DNA of 64,000 bases from Octopus vulgaris (Eukaryota). The notes under the pieces were generated by a model. It did no database searches. It was not told the DNA's origin and saw only the letters and a program-made list of their open reading frames with translations. The position numbers and the translations under genes were made by a program. This document shows positions 37,446 to 52,082 of the stretch, piece after piece; the stretch's first letter is position 1; every line of letters begins with the position of its first letter. The stretch lies in NCBI GenBank assembly GCA_951406725.2, contig OX597814.1, positions 106,082,001 to 106,146,000 on the forward strand. Reading direction: 5' to 3'.

Positions 37446-39079
37446 TATTACAAACGAAATATTCACCCCTTACCCGTCCCAGTAAAAATTCCTTCACTGA
37501 AGGAAATAGCATTATTGTTTCACAGAATTCTTGTTTTTAAGAAGCGATATATTTTAGAAGACAATGAAGGAATGTGTTTGCACTTCTTTATCTTCGAAGA
37601 CTGTTCTTAATTCAGCAAGTAAGAGAGAAGGGAAAAGCGAGAGAGACTGTCCTTCATACAGACAAAATACTTCCAAGGATTTTCCACATTGTGACAAATT
37701 TCACCAAATATTATAATTGCAATAGAGATCACAATTTGGAGTTCTTCGCGGTAGTTATTTTAAAATCAATAATTTGGAGATAAATCTTTAATCATGGCAT
37801 GTTCAGAACGTTTTACGTTAACTTTATTTGTGACGAGGAAGAGGCCCAGAATATACATGTCCAATATTAGTTCTGTTTTTTACAAACACCTCAAACGTTT
37901 TAAGTCATTCGCAGCCATGTATAACAATATTTCATCCTTGTTTGAAACCATCAGCATGACGTATTCATTGGCAAATACATTTCACAATATTAAACATATT
38001 ACAAGCGCAATAGTGTAGAAGACATCCAACGAATATTTTTTGTTCTCCTTCTTCGTAGATCTTTCGTAATTCAGCAAATGGGAGAGAAGTGAATAGAGAA
38101 GAGAAAGAAAGAAAGCGAGAGAAAGCTAGATAGCTAGATCGATCGATAGATAGATATAGAGAGGGAGAGAGAGAAAGTGAGAAAGTGGGAGAGAGTAAAG
38201 TCTTCGTTCACATTAATTACTTTTTGAGAATTGTGTGTATAAGTTCACAAAAGTAATTGCAAACAAAATCAAAAAGTCGTTTTAGGTATCATAATTCCGG
38301 GTGCACATAAAGTACTTCTGCTGAGCTTTTATACTTCCTTATCCGTCGTTATATTAATAGTTGGGCTTTTTGTGTCATCATTCTGGATGGAGAACCAATA
38401 TCCCACCTGCTAATGCACAATCGTTTAGCTTTCGTTATGTTAGCAGAGTCAATTTCTTCGGAGGTGTGTCGCCTTGATTATCCTCATCAAAGTAGATTGT
38501 ATTTGATCCGTATATAAACTGTTTCCCCCTCTGTCTCTGTCACTCACACTCTCTCTTTGTCTATCACTCTTCTCTTTTAACTTCTCTCTCACTTTTTTTA
38601 ATTATGAAAGAACCATGAAGAAAAAGAAGAAAAATATTCCTTGAATGTCTTCTAAACTACACCGCTCCGTAAAATGTCCAAAAGAATGGAGTGGCTCTAC
38701 CTAGTCTCATGTCATGCTGATGGTTCTGAAGAAGGACGAAATAACGCCTGATGCCGGCAGCTAAGTGTTGTGTCCGAATAAAGTGTGTCTATCAACCTAA
38801 CGAATCATAAAGACCTGTGGGATGGCTGACGTATATTATTTACGCCCTGGATGAGGACACGAAAATGGCTTGTAGAGGTTGTAGTGATGACTAACACAGG
38901 AACAACACATTTGAAACTTGTCACGAGGCAGAAATTCCATGGAAATGTTTAATCTATATTTAGGACTGTGTTCTCTTCTGCCACATTTACTCAACTATGA
39001 ACGCTCTCCGAAGTAAATGAAGGATAAAGAAATTCCTTGAATGTTTTCTAAACTATTTCACTCGCAAAACAACGTCTAA

Positions 39080-39482
39080 TATTCTTTCATGCGTTTCAGC
39101 CCAATGGCCGTGGCCATGCTGAGGAACTGCCAGTATCATCACGTTTTCAATGGCCATTCTTGGGCGATTGGCTGCTATTGAAGGAGAGAGTTCGATACTG
39201 TTGCCCTCTTTTGAGTTTTTTGTTGAGATGTAGGATCATCTGAGAACTTGGACAATAAGGGATCATGTTTCATTAATGTTTCCACCCAAACTTCATGCAA
39301 ATCTCTCAAATGTTTTGGCAAGGTATTAAATAGCCGTGGGCCCCTCAATACCTAGCTATTACAGTACATGTTTCTCACACAAGATGGGATGGCTGGTACC
39401 TTTGCAACCGTGAAATGACTTTCAGTTGGGAGACTGGTGTAGCACTTGGTGCCAACTTCCCCAGGATCTTCCACACGTATGT
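39080..39482 (-). mobile_element. Degenerate CR1/L2-group LINE 3' end
   Basis: Reverse complement translates YVWKILG...RGPRLFNTLPKHLRDL...DP. Homologous to 59772-60200. Confidence 0.65.
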
Positions 39483-39869
39483 CATTGTTTGCCTAGATTG
39501 ATGTCATGCTAATGTTTCCAAATAAAAAAGACACATCTCTATACATGGCTACCAAGAAAAGGAAAAAAAACTATTTAAGATCATTGTTATATTTAGAAAA
39601 AAGGATTAAATATGTATACACTGCGCATTTCAGTTCGTTACTCTTAAAATTTGAAAGGAAAATTCACATTCAAACATACTTTAGAGATTTATCTAGAAGT
39701 GATTGTCTCCTTTAGAATAACTGCTACGAGGAATTCTACGTGTTTAACTATGTGAATTTTAATTAATATCCACACAAAGTGATGGTTAGTGGAAAATATA
39801 TATAGATAGATATAGATATAGATATAGATATATATATACATATATACACACACACTCACACACACATAT

Positions 39870-40375
39870 ATAGTTTTATTCTTTTACTTGTTTCAATCAT
39901 TTGACTGCGGCCATGCACCACCTTTAGTCGAACAATTTTGCCCCAGAACTTATTCTTTGTAAGCCTAGTACTTAATCTATCGGTGTCCTTTGCTAAGTTA
40001 CAGGGGACGTAAACACACCAACATCGATTGCCAAGCGATGTTGGGGAGACAAACACAGACATTCAAATACACACATATATATACGACGGGCTTTTTTTAG
40101 TTTCCGTCTACCAAATTCCCTTACAAGGCTTTAGTCGGCGATAGGCTATAGTGCCATGCCGTGGGACAGCGGCCATACTGGGGCAGAGCCTTTAAGAATG
40201 TTTAGTCGAATGGGTCAGCTCCAGAGTTTTTTTCTTCTTAAGCCTTGTACATTTCTACGAAGTAACGGGAACGTAAAAACTAACACGGCTGTCAAGCAGT
40301 TGAGGAGGACAAACACAAACACACACATTCACACACACATATACACACATACACGAACACGCATATATATATATG

Positions 40376-40442
<67 letters not shown>

Positions 40443-40610
40443 GTATATATATATGCGACGGGCTTCTTTCAGTTTCTGTCTCCCAGATCCACTGACACGG
40501 CTTCGATTGACCCAAGGCAGCAATAGAAGACACTTGCAAAAGGTAACAAGCAGTGGATGTGAACCGGGACCCATTGAGTTGCGAAACAAATTTCTTGCCA
40601 CACAATATGG
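39870..40610 (-). mobile_element. Two adjacent SINE S2 copies with internal (TA)n
   Basis: cttgtttcaatcatttgactgcggccatgc...acgggc(t)tctttcagtttc. Confidence 0.8.
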
Positions 40611-40859
40611 AATAACTTTGGAAAGGCATAGCACTAGGAAGAAAGTACCATTGATGGATATCACTAATAAATCGAAATCAACGACTAACATAAGCACCAG
40701 ATATTAACAAATCCTCCATTTTTAAAATGTTAGCAAATGGAAGCCATATTTAAACTTGGAAACAGTGACAAAAGTACTTTTCACTTTTCTCATTAAGCTG
40801 AATGTGTCTTCACACATTTCGCTCCCTTTTCTCTTTCTCTTCCTCCTCTTTATGTATGT

Positions 40860-40952
<93 letters not shown>

Positions 40953-41025
40953 TTGACAGATACATAGTTATGTATGATACACATAAACAATATATACACA
41001 CGTGCACACACATATTTATATAAAT

Positions 41026-41059
<34 letters not shown>

Positions 41060-41519
41060 GCATGTGAATATCTCTACTGCATACGTCTTAGTGTGTATAT
41101 GTGTGTGTGTATGTGCGTGTGTGTATTTGAATGTGTGTGTATGTATGTATGTGTGTGTGTGTCGCGTGTGTGTGTAAACCTTTATGCATATATAAACATA
41201 CTTGTTTAAATCCTTAAGCTTCGCATTAGAAATGTATTCGAGGATTGTCACGTCAGAGATGTCATCATATTAGATTAAGAGGATTTCTCCGTCAATAAGT
41301 ATAATGGAAGTTTTGATTAAGATTAGGATATTGGCATATGTTGAGATATTGAGATTACTTAAAGTATTGGTCTGTTAATGAGAATAAAAGGTCTTTATAG
41401 GATGGTACAATAAGCTAATGGAATAGCCACTTGTTACATGACCACCCATCAAAGTATTGTTCAAAAATACAATAACCTTCATTAGAAAAGAAGAATCGAA
41501 ATAAACTCGTGATGTACTG

Positions 41520-41925
41520 CGTCAACTATAAGTGATACAAGTAGTTCAAACAATGGATTGTTTTACGTCAGAAAGAAGTCTGACGTTTCGGATGTTTGTA
41601 CTTCTTCAGAGAGAAAGAAAAGCAATAAAGGTCATATATCTCCAGGCTGCGAATGTTGTGGACGAGAAAATGAAAGAATTGCTGAAGCAATGCTTAATGA
41701 GGAGGGGAAAAATGTGGAGTGAGATGGAAGCGGAAATAGATGCGTGATTCTGTGAGTAATATGGGAGAGAATGTATGTTGTGCAGGAGGTGGTGGGAGGA
41801 AGTAAGTTGTGGAGGAAGGAAGAGTAGAAAGCAGCAGGTCTGTCAAAATGTTGAGGGTCAAGTGAGTAAAGTAGAAGATAGGAGAGAAGACTGGACAAGG
41901 AGGCGTGTGGATGATGGAAGATACA
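41520..41925 (-). mobile_element. PLE-type 3' fragment (pyrimidine-rich UTR) with minimal HHR at 41579-41612
   Basis: Reverse complement reads tct-CTGAAGAA-gtacaaacatcc-GAAAC GTC-aga. Stem II is decayed. Confidence 0.5.
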
Positions 41926-41996
41926 ACACACACACACATAATTCATACATACACACATATATAAAATGAATACAAGCACACACACAGGCAAACATA

Positions 41997-42267
41997 TATT
42001 CTTTTATTTTTTTATTTGTTTCAGTCATTTGACTGCGCCCATGCTGGAGCACTGCCTTTTTTCGAGGAGATCGACCCCAGGACTTATTCTTTGTAAGTCT
42101 AGTACTTACTCTATCTGTCTCTTTTGCGGAACCGCTATGTTACGGGGACGTAAACATACCAATATCGGTTGTCAAGCGATGGTGGGGGGACAAACACAGA
42201 CCCACAAACACACACATACATATATATATATGTGTGTATATATATATGTATATATATATGTATATAC

Positions 42268-42321
<54 letters not shown>

Positions 42322-42496
42322 GAGGGGCTTCTTTCAGTTTCCGTCAATCAAATCCAGTCACAAGGCTTTGGTCGGCCCGAGGCTATAGTAGAAGAGACTT
42401 GCCGAAGGTGCCATGCAGTGGGACTCAATCTGGAACCATGTGGTTGGTAAGCAAGTTTATTACCACAAAGCCACCCCTAAAAGTGTATGTACACAT

Positions 42497-42588
<92 letters not shown>

Positions 42589-43022
42589 ATGTATGTATGT
42601 ATGTATGTATGTATGTATGTATGTATGTATGTATGTATAGGCGTAGGCGTGGAAGCGTAGACATGGTTCCAGGTTCAGTCCCACCTTAGACATGTGCTTT
42701 CTACTGTAACTTCTCATCGACCAAAGCTTTGTGAGTGGATTTGGTAGACGGAAACTGAATGAAAGCTGTCGTATATATAAATATATGTGTGTGCGTGTGT
42801 TTGTGTGTGTATGTGTGTAAGTGTGTGTGTGTTTTCTTCCCACTTCACCGCTCGACAAACGATGTGGGTATGTTTACGTTCTCTGTAACCTAACGATTCG
42901 GTGAAAGAGACTGATAGAAGAAAAACCAATCCTTCAAAAAATAAGTACATTCGACCAAAAGTTCTTGAAGGCGTTGCTCCAGGATGGCCAGTCTAAAGAC
43001 TGAAGCAAGCGAAAGAAAAAAG
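41997..43022. mobile_element. Two divergently oriented SINE S2 copies (41997-42478 minus; 42640-43022 plus)
   Basis: S2 head and tail motifs seen on each strand. Confidence 0.8.
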
Positions 43023-43419
43023 ACATGTCGACAGGTGGGCTTTACCCGTTAGAAGTTCCCGCTACCATTCCATCAAAGAGTTAACGGTCGACAGCATGGC
43101 ATATGTATGTAGACATGATGAGTCGGCCACACACATACGGACATCCAAGGTTGAGGAGGAGCAAGAATAAACTGTCAACAGTTGTTAGTGGAATAGATTA
43201 ATATATTATATACACACCCTACCTCCGCTCAAGGGGGTAAGAGGCTGTGTACGCGATCTGAACATACTTATTCATACGTGCACACACAAACACACACATG
43301 TACACACATACACACTTATACTTACATGTATATTCCTAGTACTGAATCTATATGCATACGAATATTTAAGTATATACACACGCATGCATACATGCGTCTG
43401 CTTCTGTTCAGGATGGTTT

Positions 43420-44085
43420 CGAATTCTGGCACAGGGTCGGCTATTTTGGGAGAGGGGCTAAGTAGATACACCGATCGCAACTGGTACTTAATTTATTGAC
43501 CCAGGAAGGATGAAAGACAAACTCGATCACTGTAGAATTTGAACTCAGAACGTAAAGACAGACAGAATACCTATTTCTTTACTACCCACAAGGGGCTAAA
43601 CACAGAGAGGACAAACAAGGACAGACAAACGGATTAAGTCGATTATATTGACCCCAGTGCGTAACTGGTACTTAATTTATCGACTCCGAAAGGATGAAAG
43701 GCAAAGTCGACCTCGGCGGAATTTGAACTCAGAACGTAGCGGCAGGCGAAATACGGCTAAGCATTTTACCCGGAGTGCTAACAATTTTTTCTACTCTATG
43801 TACAAGGCCCGAAATTTTGGGTTTGGGAGCAAGTCAATTAGATCGACCCTAGTATGCAACTGGTACTTAATTTGTATGTGTGAGGCGGTGACGGTGCAGA
43901 ATTATTAGCACCTCGTACAAAACGCTTAGCGGCATTCTTTCTCGTTTCTTACGTTCTGAATTCAAAGCCCACCGAGGTCATCTTTCTTATTCCTCCTTTC
44001 GCGATGGGGGTAAGATAAAGTACCATTCAAGTACTAAGGTCAACGTAATCGACTTGTTCTGCTTCCTTTAATATTCGCGGCCTTC
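43420..44085. mobile_element. SINE S1 cluster (minus 43420-43870; plus 43885-44085)
   Basis: S1 core motifs. Confidence 0.8.
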
Positions 44086-44206
44086 AACTCCGTATCAGAC
44101 CGGCGTTCCGAAATCTTGTAATCTCAGTCACTCATATCCCATGGAAGCTGGGCAAGTGGCTTTCAGAGTCCTAATGCTGGAGAAAAAGGTATTGTGCGTG
44201 CGTGTG

Positions 44207-44292
<86 letters not shown>

Positions 44293-44309
44293 CAAATAGA
44301 TAGAGGGAG

Positions 44310-44383
<74 letters not shown>

Positions 44384-44661
44384 GAGACAGGTATTCTCTT
44401 TATAGAATACACTTCGTAGTGAGATTTGAACTTGTGCAGGTAGATTTAATGCAGAAAATGTACATATATATATTCATATAAAAAAAATGTCCGACTTACA
44501 CAGAATGGAAATAATATCGGGAATTAATTCCTGATATCATTTCCATTCTGAGCAAGTCGGACTTTTTTTTTAAATGTATAATTATGTAGATTTTCTGTAT
44601 TAAATAATTTTCGTATATCGACTTGCCTCAATCGCTTGTCCTTACATTTACTCATATATAA

Positions 44662-44719
<58 letters not shown>

Positions 44720-44949
44720 AAATGGAATGTACAAGATTCGTTATTCTCTCCGATCGTTTCGATCCATCGTGCACCGCTACCTTGTGTATGAGATGATGTA
44801 CAAGCAACTGTAGTGTATCATGGGTGTATATGTGTCTCCTCGGGTGACTTGTCAAAAGGGACCACTTTCTTTATTCGCCGTTTCACTTATTTCCATTACA
44901 CTATATATCTTTTTTTTTATAGCGTGTTACATGTCTAGACAAGGGACTC

Positions 44950-45555
44950 AGCGGGAACAACGCTGAAGAATTTTGAGTCGAATAAATTGACTGCAGAACT
45001 CAATTGTTCTTAAACTAATACAATATCGGTTTCTTTTGCGAAACCGATAAGTTACGGAGACGTAAACACACCAATACTGGTTCTCAAGTGGGGTGGGGGA
45101 TAAACGCAGACATAAAAACGCTCACACACATAGATATACGATGGGCTTCTTTCTGTTTCCATTTACCAAATCAATTCACAAGGCTTTGGTCGACCCAAGG
45201 CTTTCGTAGAGAACACTCGCCCGAGGTACGACTGAACACGGCAGCATGTGGTTTAGAAGCAAGCTTCCTACCACGCAGCCGCGATTGCGCCTATATATAG
45301 GCGCATAGCTCAATGGTTAAGGTTTTGCACTCCCGACTGCGAGATCGTGGGTTCGATTCCTAGACTGAACGTTGCTCTACGATCATTTCGTCATCTCACA
45401 TGTGGCACCTGGTGCACCTGTACAGGTAATGTCTATTTGATAAAGTGAGTGAGCTTATGTGTACAGAAGCATTTGATCACTATAAACAAATCATCTGTGT
45501 AGTTGTTTGGTAAGAAATTGCAGAACCATCATACGTTGTCCAACGACGGGAAATT
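44950..45555. mobile_element. SINE S2 (minus, 44950-45295) back-to-back with another tRNA-headed SINE (plus, 45300-45555)
   Basis: S2 motifs; ggcgcatagctcaatggttaagg...gggttcgattcc shows A/B-box-like sequence. Confidence 0.7.
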
Positions 45556-45561
45556 TCAATA

Positions 45562-45606
<45 letters not shown>

Positions 45607-45713
45607 TATAATTGAAATAAATTCGTTATAGGTATAAAAATACCATAAACAAGTATAAAAATGGAGAAAATGTCTTAAAATCAAAATTGAATTTAATACA
45701 AAATTGAATTCAA

Positions 45714-45824
45714 TACATACGCACGTTTCAAAAGACAATACAAATATTTAAGAAATAATAATAATACTTATAATTATAATTAAAATTATAATTAAAGTTA
45801 TGTATTGTCATTCTCATCAGTGAG
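45714..45824 (-). ncRNA. HHR with long AT-rich stem II in a PLE-type terminus (~45603-45890)
   Basis: Reverse complement reads ca-CTGATGA-gaatgacaataca...tgtattgtctttt-GAAA-cg tg cg-TA-tg. Stem I is weak. Confidence 0.6.
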
Positions 45825-45928
45825 AAGAATTTTTGGGAAGAACATCAAAAACGTTATAAATAAAATTCAATAAGGAAAACCATGTTTATATATATATATA
45901 TGCCTTTCTGTGTGTATACATGTATATA

Positions 45929-45977
<49 letters not shown>

Positions 45978-45981
<4 letters not shown>

Positions 45982-46167
45982 CCTCGTCTGTATCACTAGC
46001 GATTTTTCCCCTGTCTTCCCTTCTCGGGATCTTTCCTTCTATGTTTTCCGCTCGAAACGTCAAACCCTCCTTCTTCCCTTCTTTCCTGAGCGTCCAATAA
46101 TACTTTATTTGTTCCACGTCCTTGCCTTGTTGGTTTTTTGTTTTTGTTTTCGTTTTCTTGTTTGGAT

Positions 46168-46172
<5 letters not shown>
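45978..46172 (+). mobile_element. PLE-type 3' end family P4 (HHR core deleted)
   Basis: Homologous to the reverse complement of 52648-52855. Retains gctcGAAACGTCaaac but lacks ccgacgaagag. (TA)n on both sides. Confidence 0.7.
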
Positions 46173-46247
<75 letters not shown>

Positions 46248-46393
46248 TTATATATATTACATATGCTCGTACATATGTGTGCATATTTTATATGTTTATA
46301 AGTCCAACACTCAAACAACACCATGAGATGAGTTTTCTCCATTAGTAGCTGATGTTACTGTTTTATATCTCTTCAAAACAGCTTTATAGAGAA

Positions 46394-46899
46394 CTAGCAG
46401 AGAGATACCCGGCGTTGCCCGTTACATTCAATTGAAGAATTAGACTTTTCTGTTATATTTTCTGTAATGAACTGGAATATCTATGCTTCGAATTTCATCA
46501 AAATTGCAGATAAGGGTTATTTCCCTCTTTACACACCCTAAAAAATTTGTAATCGTGCCATATGTATCCCATACTACTGATTTTTATGCGCATATTCCAA
46601 AATTCCAGTTTTATTGAACCTGTTAAAAAGATTTTGCTCCTAAAAAATGAAGGTCATGGAGCTCTAAGGCCCCTGTTGGGGGTGGGCATCTTAATGTCAA
46701 CCAGAGAAGTTGAATTGTTGAAAATCTTTTTAACTTGGGTCTTATATCTATTGTTTGAATTTCTTTGAAATAGGAAATATATGTTCACTGGGTTTGTTAA
46801 AGGGAGCAAAGCTACAGGAAACCAAAAGACGAATGATTACAATAAGCAGTCAGTTACCCTACCTTAGTCGTTACTTGAAGTACCGGTTCAAGGACTATG

Positions 46900-46981
<82 letters not shown>

Positions 46982-47913
46982 ATACACATATATATATATA
47001 TATATGTATATACACACACATACACACACACATACACATACACACACACAAAGATAAATTAATAGATACAACTGAGTGGGCAAACAAAAATATGAGACAC
47101 TTCGTAGTGCTTTTTTATATTTTGATAAGCCTGGTACTTATTCTATCAGTTTCTTCTTGTGAAACCAGTAAGTTATGGGGATGTAAATAAACGAACACCA
47201 GTTGTGAAGCAGTGGTGAGAGAGAAACACGAAGAGACACACATAGACTTACATATATACATACATATACATACAATTGATTTCTTTCAGTTTCTATCTAC
47301 AAAATCCACTGACAAGGCTTTGGTTGGTCTGAGGCTATAGCAGAAGACACATGCCAAGTTACCACACAGTGGAACTGAACTGAGGACCATGTGTTTTGGA
47401 ACCAAGTTTGTTACCACACAGCCACACCTGCACCTATGTATATATGTGTGTGGAGGGGATCGGTGTGTGTGTGTATGGGTGTATATATGTATGCAAGTAT
47501 ATATATGCATATCTATGTGTACATATTACATGTACATGTATATATACATCTAGACATACATGTTTACATATACATGTATATCTATAGAAATACATCTATT
47601 CATATACATGTATACATATGCAGCTATACATATACATGTATACATATACATCTATATATATACATGTATATATATATATAGACATCCATATACATACAAT
47701 AGAGATGCTTTTGTTTCACTTTTAACACGTAATACTGAAATAGTGGAGATGTGATATTGCTGTTAAACATTTTTTTTTGCTATGACACTACATGGACCCT
47801 AAGTAGGGCATGTGTAAAATTTGAATAAAATTGGTTGTGTAGTTCTCAAGTTTTAGGGATTCACACAGACAGACAGACACACATTCTCAGTTTTATATAT
47901 ATATATATATAGA
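46394..47913 (-). mobile_element. Non-autonomous Helitron with nested SINE S2 (~47120-47435) and microsatellites
   Basis: Minus strand reads A|TCtatatat...aaaactgagaatgtgtgtctgtctgtctg at the 5' end. The 3' end has a GC-rich cgggcaacgccggg hairpin-like segment then CTAG|T. No TSD. Confidence 0.7.
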
Positions 47914-48359
47914 TTATATTTATATCAAAAGTAAATTTAAATAAAATTCAAGTTATTCAGAGACGCGTAGATTTCGGAATTTGACGTTTTCTTTCACAAG
48001 ATGATATCTGTCCGATTGATAAAATGCACCGCAGAAGATAATAAAATATTACTGAGCTTCTGGTACTTTTTCCACAATGTAAAGTACAACTTCTATCTTA
48101 TCTTCCAAATCCATTAATCATGTGATGATGGACACAGAATGACGTGACTCTAAGTTGTTATTACTTTATCAATTTGGCGTCAAAATTGTTAAAAGTGTTG
48201 TAATATTTTGATTGAAATCCTTGTTTTTTTAACTTTTTGGTTCTATTACCGGTCTTTTATCTTCTAAACGAATGCCTGAAATAAACAGGGTAGACGGGAT
48301 ATTAGTCAATTTACAGCCTCACGGACCAACAAGCAGACATAAATATACGCACTCAACCA

Positions 48360-48432
<73 letters not shown>

Positions 48433-48748
48433 ACACACACACATACACACAGACTTATGTACAAATACACACACGATGCTTCACACAGAGAGACATAGAC
48501 ACATACATATATGCGGATGTGAAAGCGTTTCATATATGTGTGTATGAATGTATGTACGTATGTAATTATGTATATGTAATATATAGGTGTGCGTGTGTGT
48601 GTGTGTGTGTGTGTGCACGCGCGTGTATTTCTTATTCTTATTTATTTAGTTATTTATTTATTTATTTTCCTCTGTTGCATCATATCATTTTCTCTCATTT
48701 TCTCTCATTACGAAACGATATCAAAGATGAAAGCAAACGGACCTCCCA

Positions 48749-48859
<111 letters not shown>

Positions 48860-48867
48860 AATATATG

Positions 48868-48943
<76 letters not shown>

Positions 48944-49235
48944 CTTATATATTATATATATATATATCTATGTGTGTGTGTGTGTGCGTGTGTGCGTGTG
49001 TTCGTACATTGCGATATGTAGATAAGTCTATATGCTCACTTCCGCGCGCCTGCACATGCGCACACACACTTTCAGACACATTTATTTACATGGATGTACC
49101 GAAATACTCTAGTCTCAACTTCAAAGAGAAAAGAAAAGAAACAAAAAATAGAATTCTAACCTCTGTGTGTGTGGGGGGGGAAGGATATTGTGTCTGTCTG
49201 CATGTGTGTTTGTATGTATGTATAAATGTACATGC

Positions 49236-49271
<36 letters not shown>

Positions 49272-49278
49272 ATATATA

Positions 49279-49324
<46 letters not shown>

Positions 49325-49454
49325 CAAAATACGTTTCCAGCATAGTGCACCAGCTTGGCCATAATTCAATGACTGAAGTAAGTAAAAGATGAAAGATATC
49401 TATCTATCTACCTATTTACCTATCTACCTATCTATTTATGTATCTATCTGTCTG

Positions 49455-49487
<33 letters not shown>

Positions 49488-49490
<3 letters not shown>

Positions 49491-49929
49491 CCAAGACCAA
49501 GTGGAAACTACTACAGAAGGCGCGCTCGTACACAGGAGGACATACCTGCTGTGACCTATGCATATCAGAGAGCCTAGAGATCTTGTTCGCCAAAGGCCCT
49601 CTCCTTAACAAATTTTCAGAACACTCCCCAAATTGCTTGCATAAGAAGTATGCGAACTACAAGAACTATAGACCTACCCGGCAACCTGATTGATGACAAC
49701 CCCCCCAACCCCCCTACAACCCCCCCCCAACCCCACTGTTCCCCTAGCACCCCCGATTACCCTTTCTCCTAAGACCTTTCACATATTATATGTGCACGCT
49801 TGTATATGTGTATCGTATGTATGTATGTATATATGTATAGAAATGCATGGGTACAGTAGGAATATACGCATGTATTATGTGTGTGTGTGTGTATGTATGC
49901 ATGTAAAAAAATATATATGTATATATATT

Positions 49930-49984
<55 letters not shown>

Positions 49985-50349
49985 GCTTGTATGTGTGTGT
50001 GTGTGTATATGTGTATATGTGTTTGTATGTATATGTGTATATATGTATATGCATATGTATGTGTAAATGTATGTGCTTATGTATGTGTATGTATGTATAA
50101 AATATTATATAATTAGGGCTTAGGAAAATAAAATAAATTACTTTGCCACATACTAAACTTTCTAGAAATAGCAGCCAATAAAGTTTTTTAGCCTCTTCCA
50201 CTACTTAGAGAATTTTTTTCCCTCTAACATTGTTTACTCAAAATAATAATGGTCCCTTTACATACTGAACACTTGATGAAATTGATTAATAACTAATTAA
50301 CTTTACCCTCCCTTGTTGATATATATATACATATGTATATGTGTACATG

Positions 50350-50392
<43 letters not shown>

Positions 50393-50904
50393 ATGTGTGT
50401 ATGTATGTATTTGTATATGTGTGTGTGTATATGTATGTGTGCGCGTGTGTGTGTATGTATGTGTATGTATACTTGTATATGTATATGCATGAATGTATAT
50501 ATATGTGTGTGTATATGTGTATTATGTATGTATTTATATAGATATGTAGTTTATATATATATATGTATGTATATGCATCTGTCTGTGTGTGTGTATGTGT
50601 ATATATGTGTATCATTTTTGCGTATGTATACATGTATATGTGTATATGTATGTGTGTGTGTGTGTGTATATGTATATATATATATATATATATGTGTATA
50701 TATATGTATGTATATATATATATATATGCATGCGTATGTGTATGTACATGTATATATGTATGTGTGTATATGTATATATGTTTATATATGTGAGTATGTA
50801 GTGATATAAGTATATGCATGTGTATGTATGGGTATGTGTATCAGTGTATATGTATATATGTATGTGTGTGTGTATGTATATGTATGTATATGTGTATATA
50901 TGTA

Positions 50905-50937
<33 letters not shown>

Positions 50938-51000
50938 GTGTATATGTGTGTATGTATGTGTATGTGTATGTATGTGTATGTGTATCTATATATGTATATA

Positions 51001-51044
<44 letters not shown>

Positions 51045-52035
51045 TGCGTGTGTGTATGTATGCATATATGTATGTATGCATGTATATGTGTATGTATATA
51101 TATGTGTGTAAGTGTGTGCATATATGTATTTGTAAGTATGTGTGCGCGTATGAGTATGTATGTATGCTTGCACACGTGTATATATATGTGTGTGTGTGTA
51201 TATATATGGATGCGCGTGCGTGTGTGCACGTGTATGGGTACGCATGTATATGTGTATGTGCGTGTATGCGTATACGTGTATGTATGTATGTGTGTGCGTA
51301 GATTTGTATATGTATGTGTGAGTGTGTATATATATATATATATATATATACATACATATAGATGGGTGTGTGTATGCGTATAAATGCATGTAAGTATGGA
51401 TGTATGGATGTATGTATGTATGTATACGTATGTATGTGTGTATGTGTGTATGTATATATAGGTGTGTGTATATATGTTTGTGTATGTATATATATGTGTA
51501 TGTATGTGTGTGTATATGTATGTATGTATGTGTATGTATGTGTATATATATATATTTATATATATATATATATATATATAGGTATGTATCTGTATGTAGG
51601 AGTATATATATGTGTGTGTGTGTATGTATATGCGGGTATATATATATATATGTATATTTATTGGTGTATATGTATAGTTTAGCCTCCTAAAGTGTAGACA
51701 CGAATCTGTAGGTACGAGTACGTATGTGTATATACGTGAACGTATGTAGATGTTTGTATGTATGAATATAACGCGTGCGTACGTGTATGTGTATGAGTGT
51801 ACGAATGGGTGAATGTACGTGCTAATGAGTGTGCGTGCGGGAATGAGTACTTGCCTTCTAGTAGACAGACAAATGGACATGCAGCCATTGCCAGGATTCT
51901 TAGCCCTAGCGATCAAAGATAACAAAAGTAATAAATGAAGATAATAAAATTAAAATTAGGGAATGGGCCTGTATTGGATTGTATATATATGTATGTATAT
52001 GTATATTTGTATGTATGTATGTGTGTATGTGTAGG

Positions 52036-52082
<47 letters not shown>

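Noticed and set aside
50612-51925. 437-aa ORF and the many YI/HT/CV/N/L-rich ORFs across the window
   Set aside because: They are translations of stop-free microsatellites and have no domain content.
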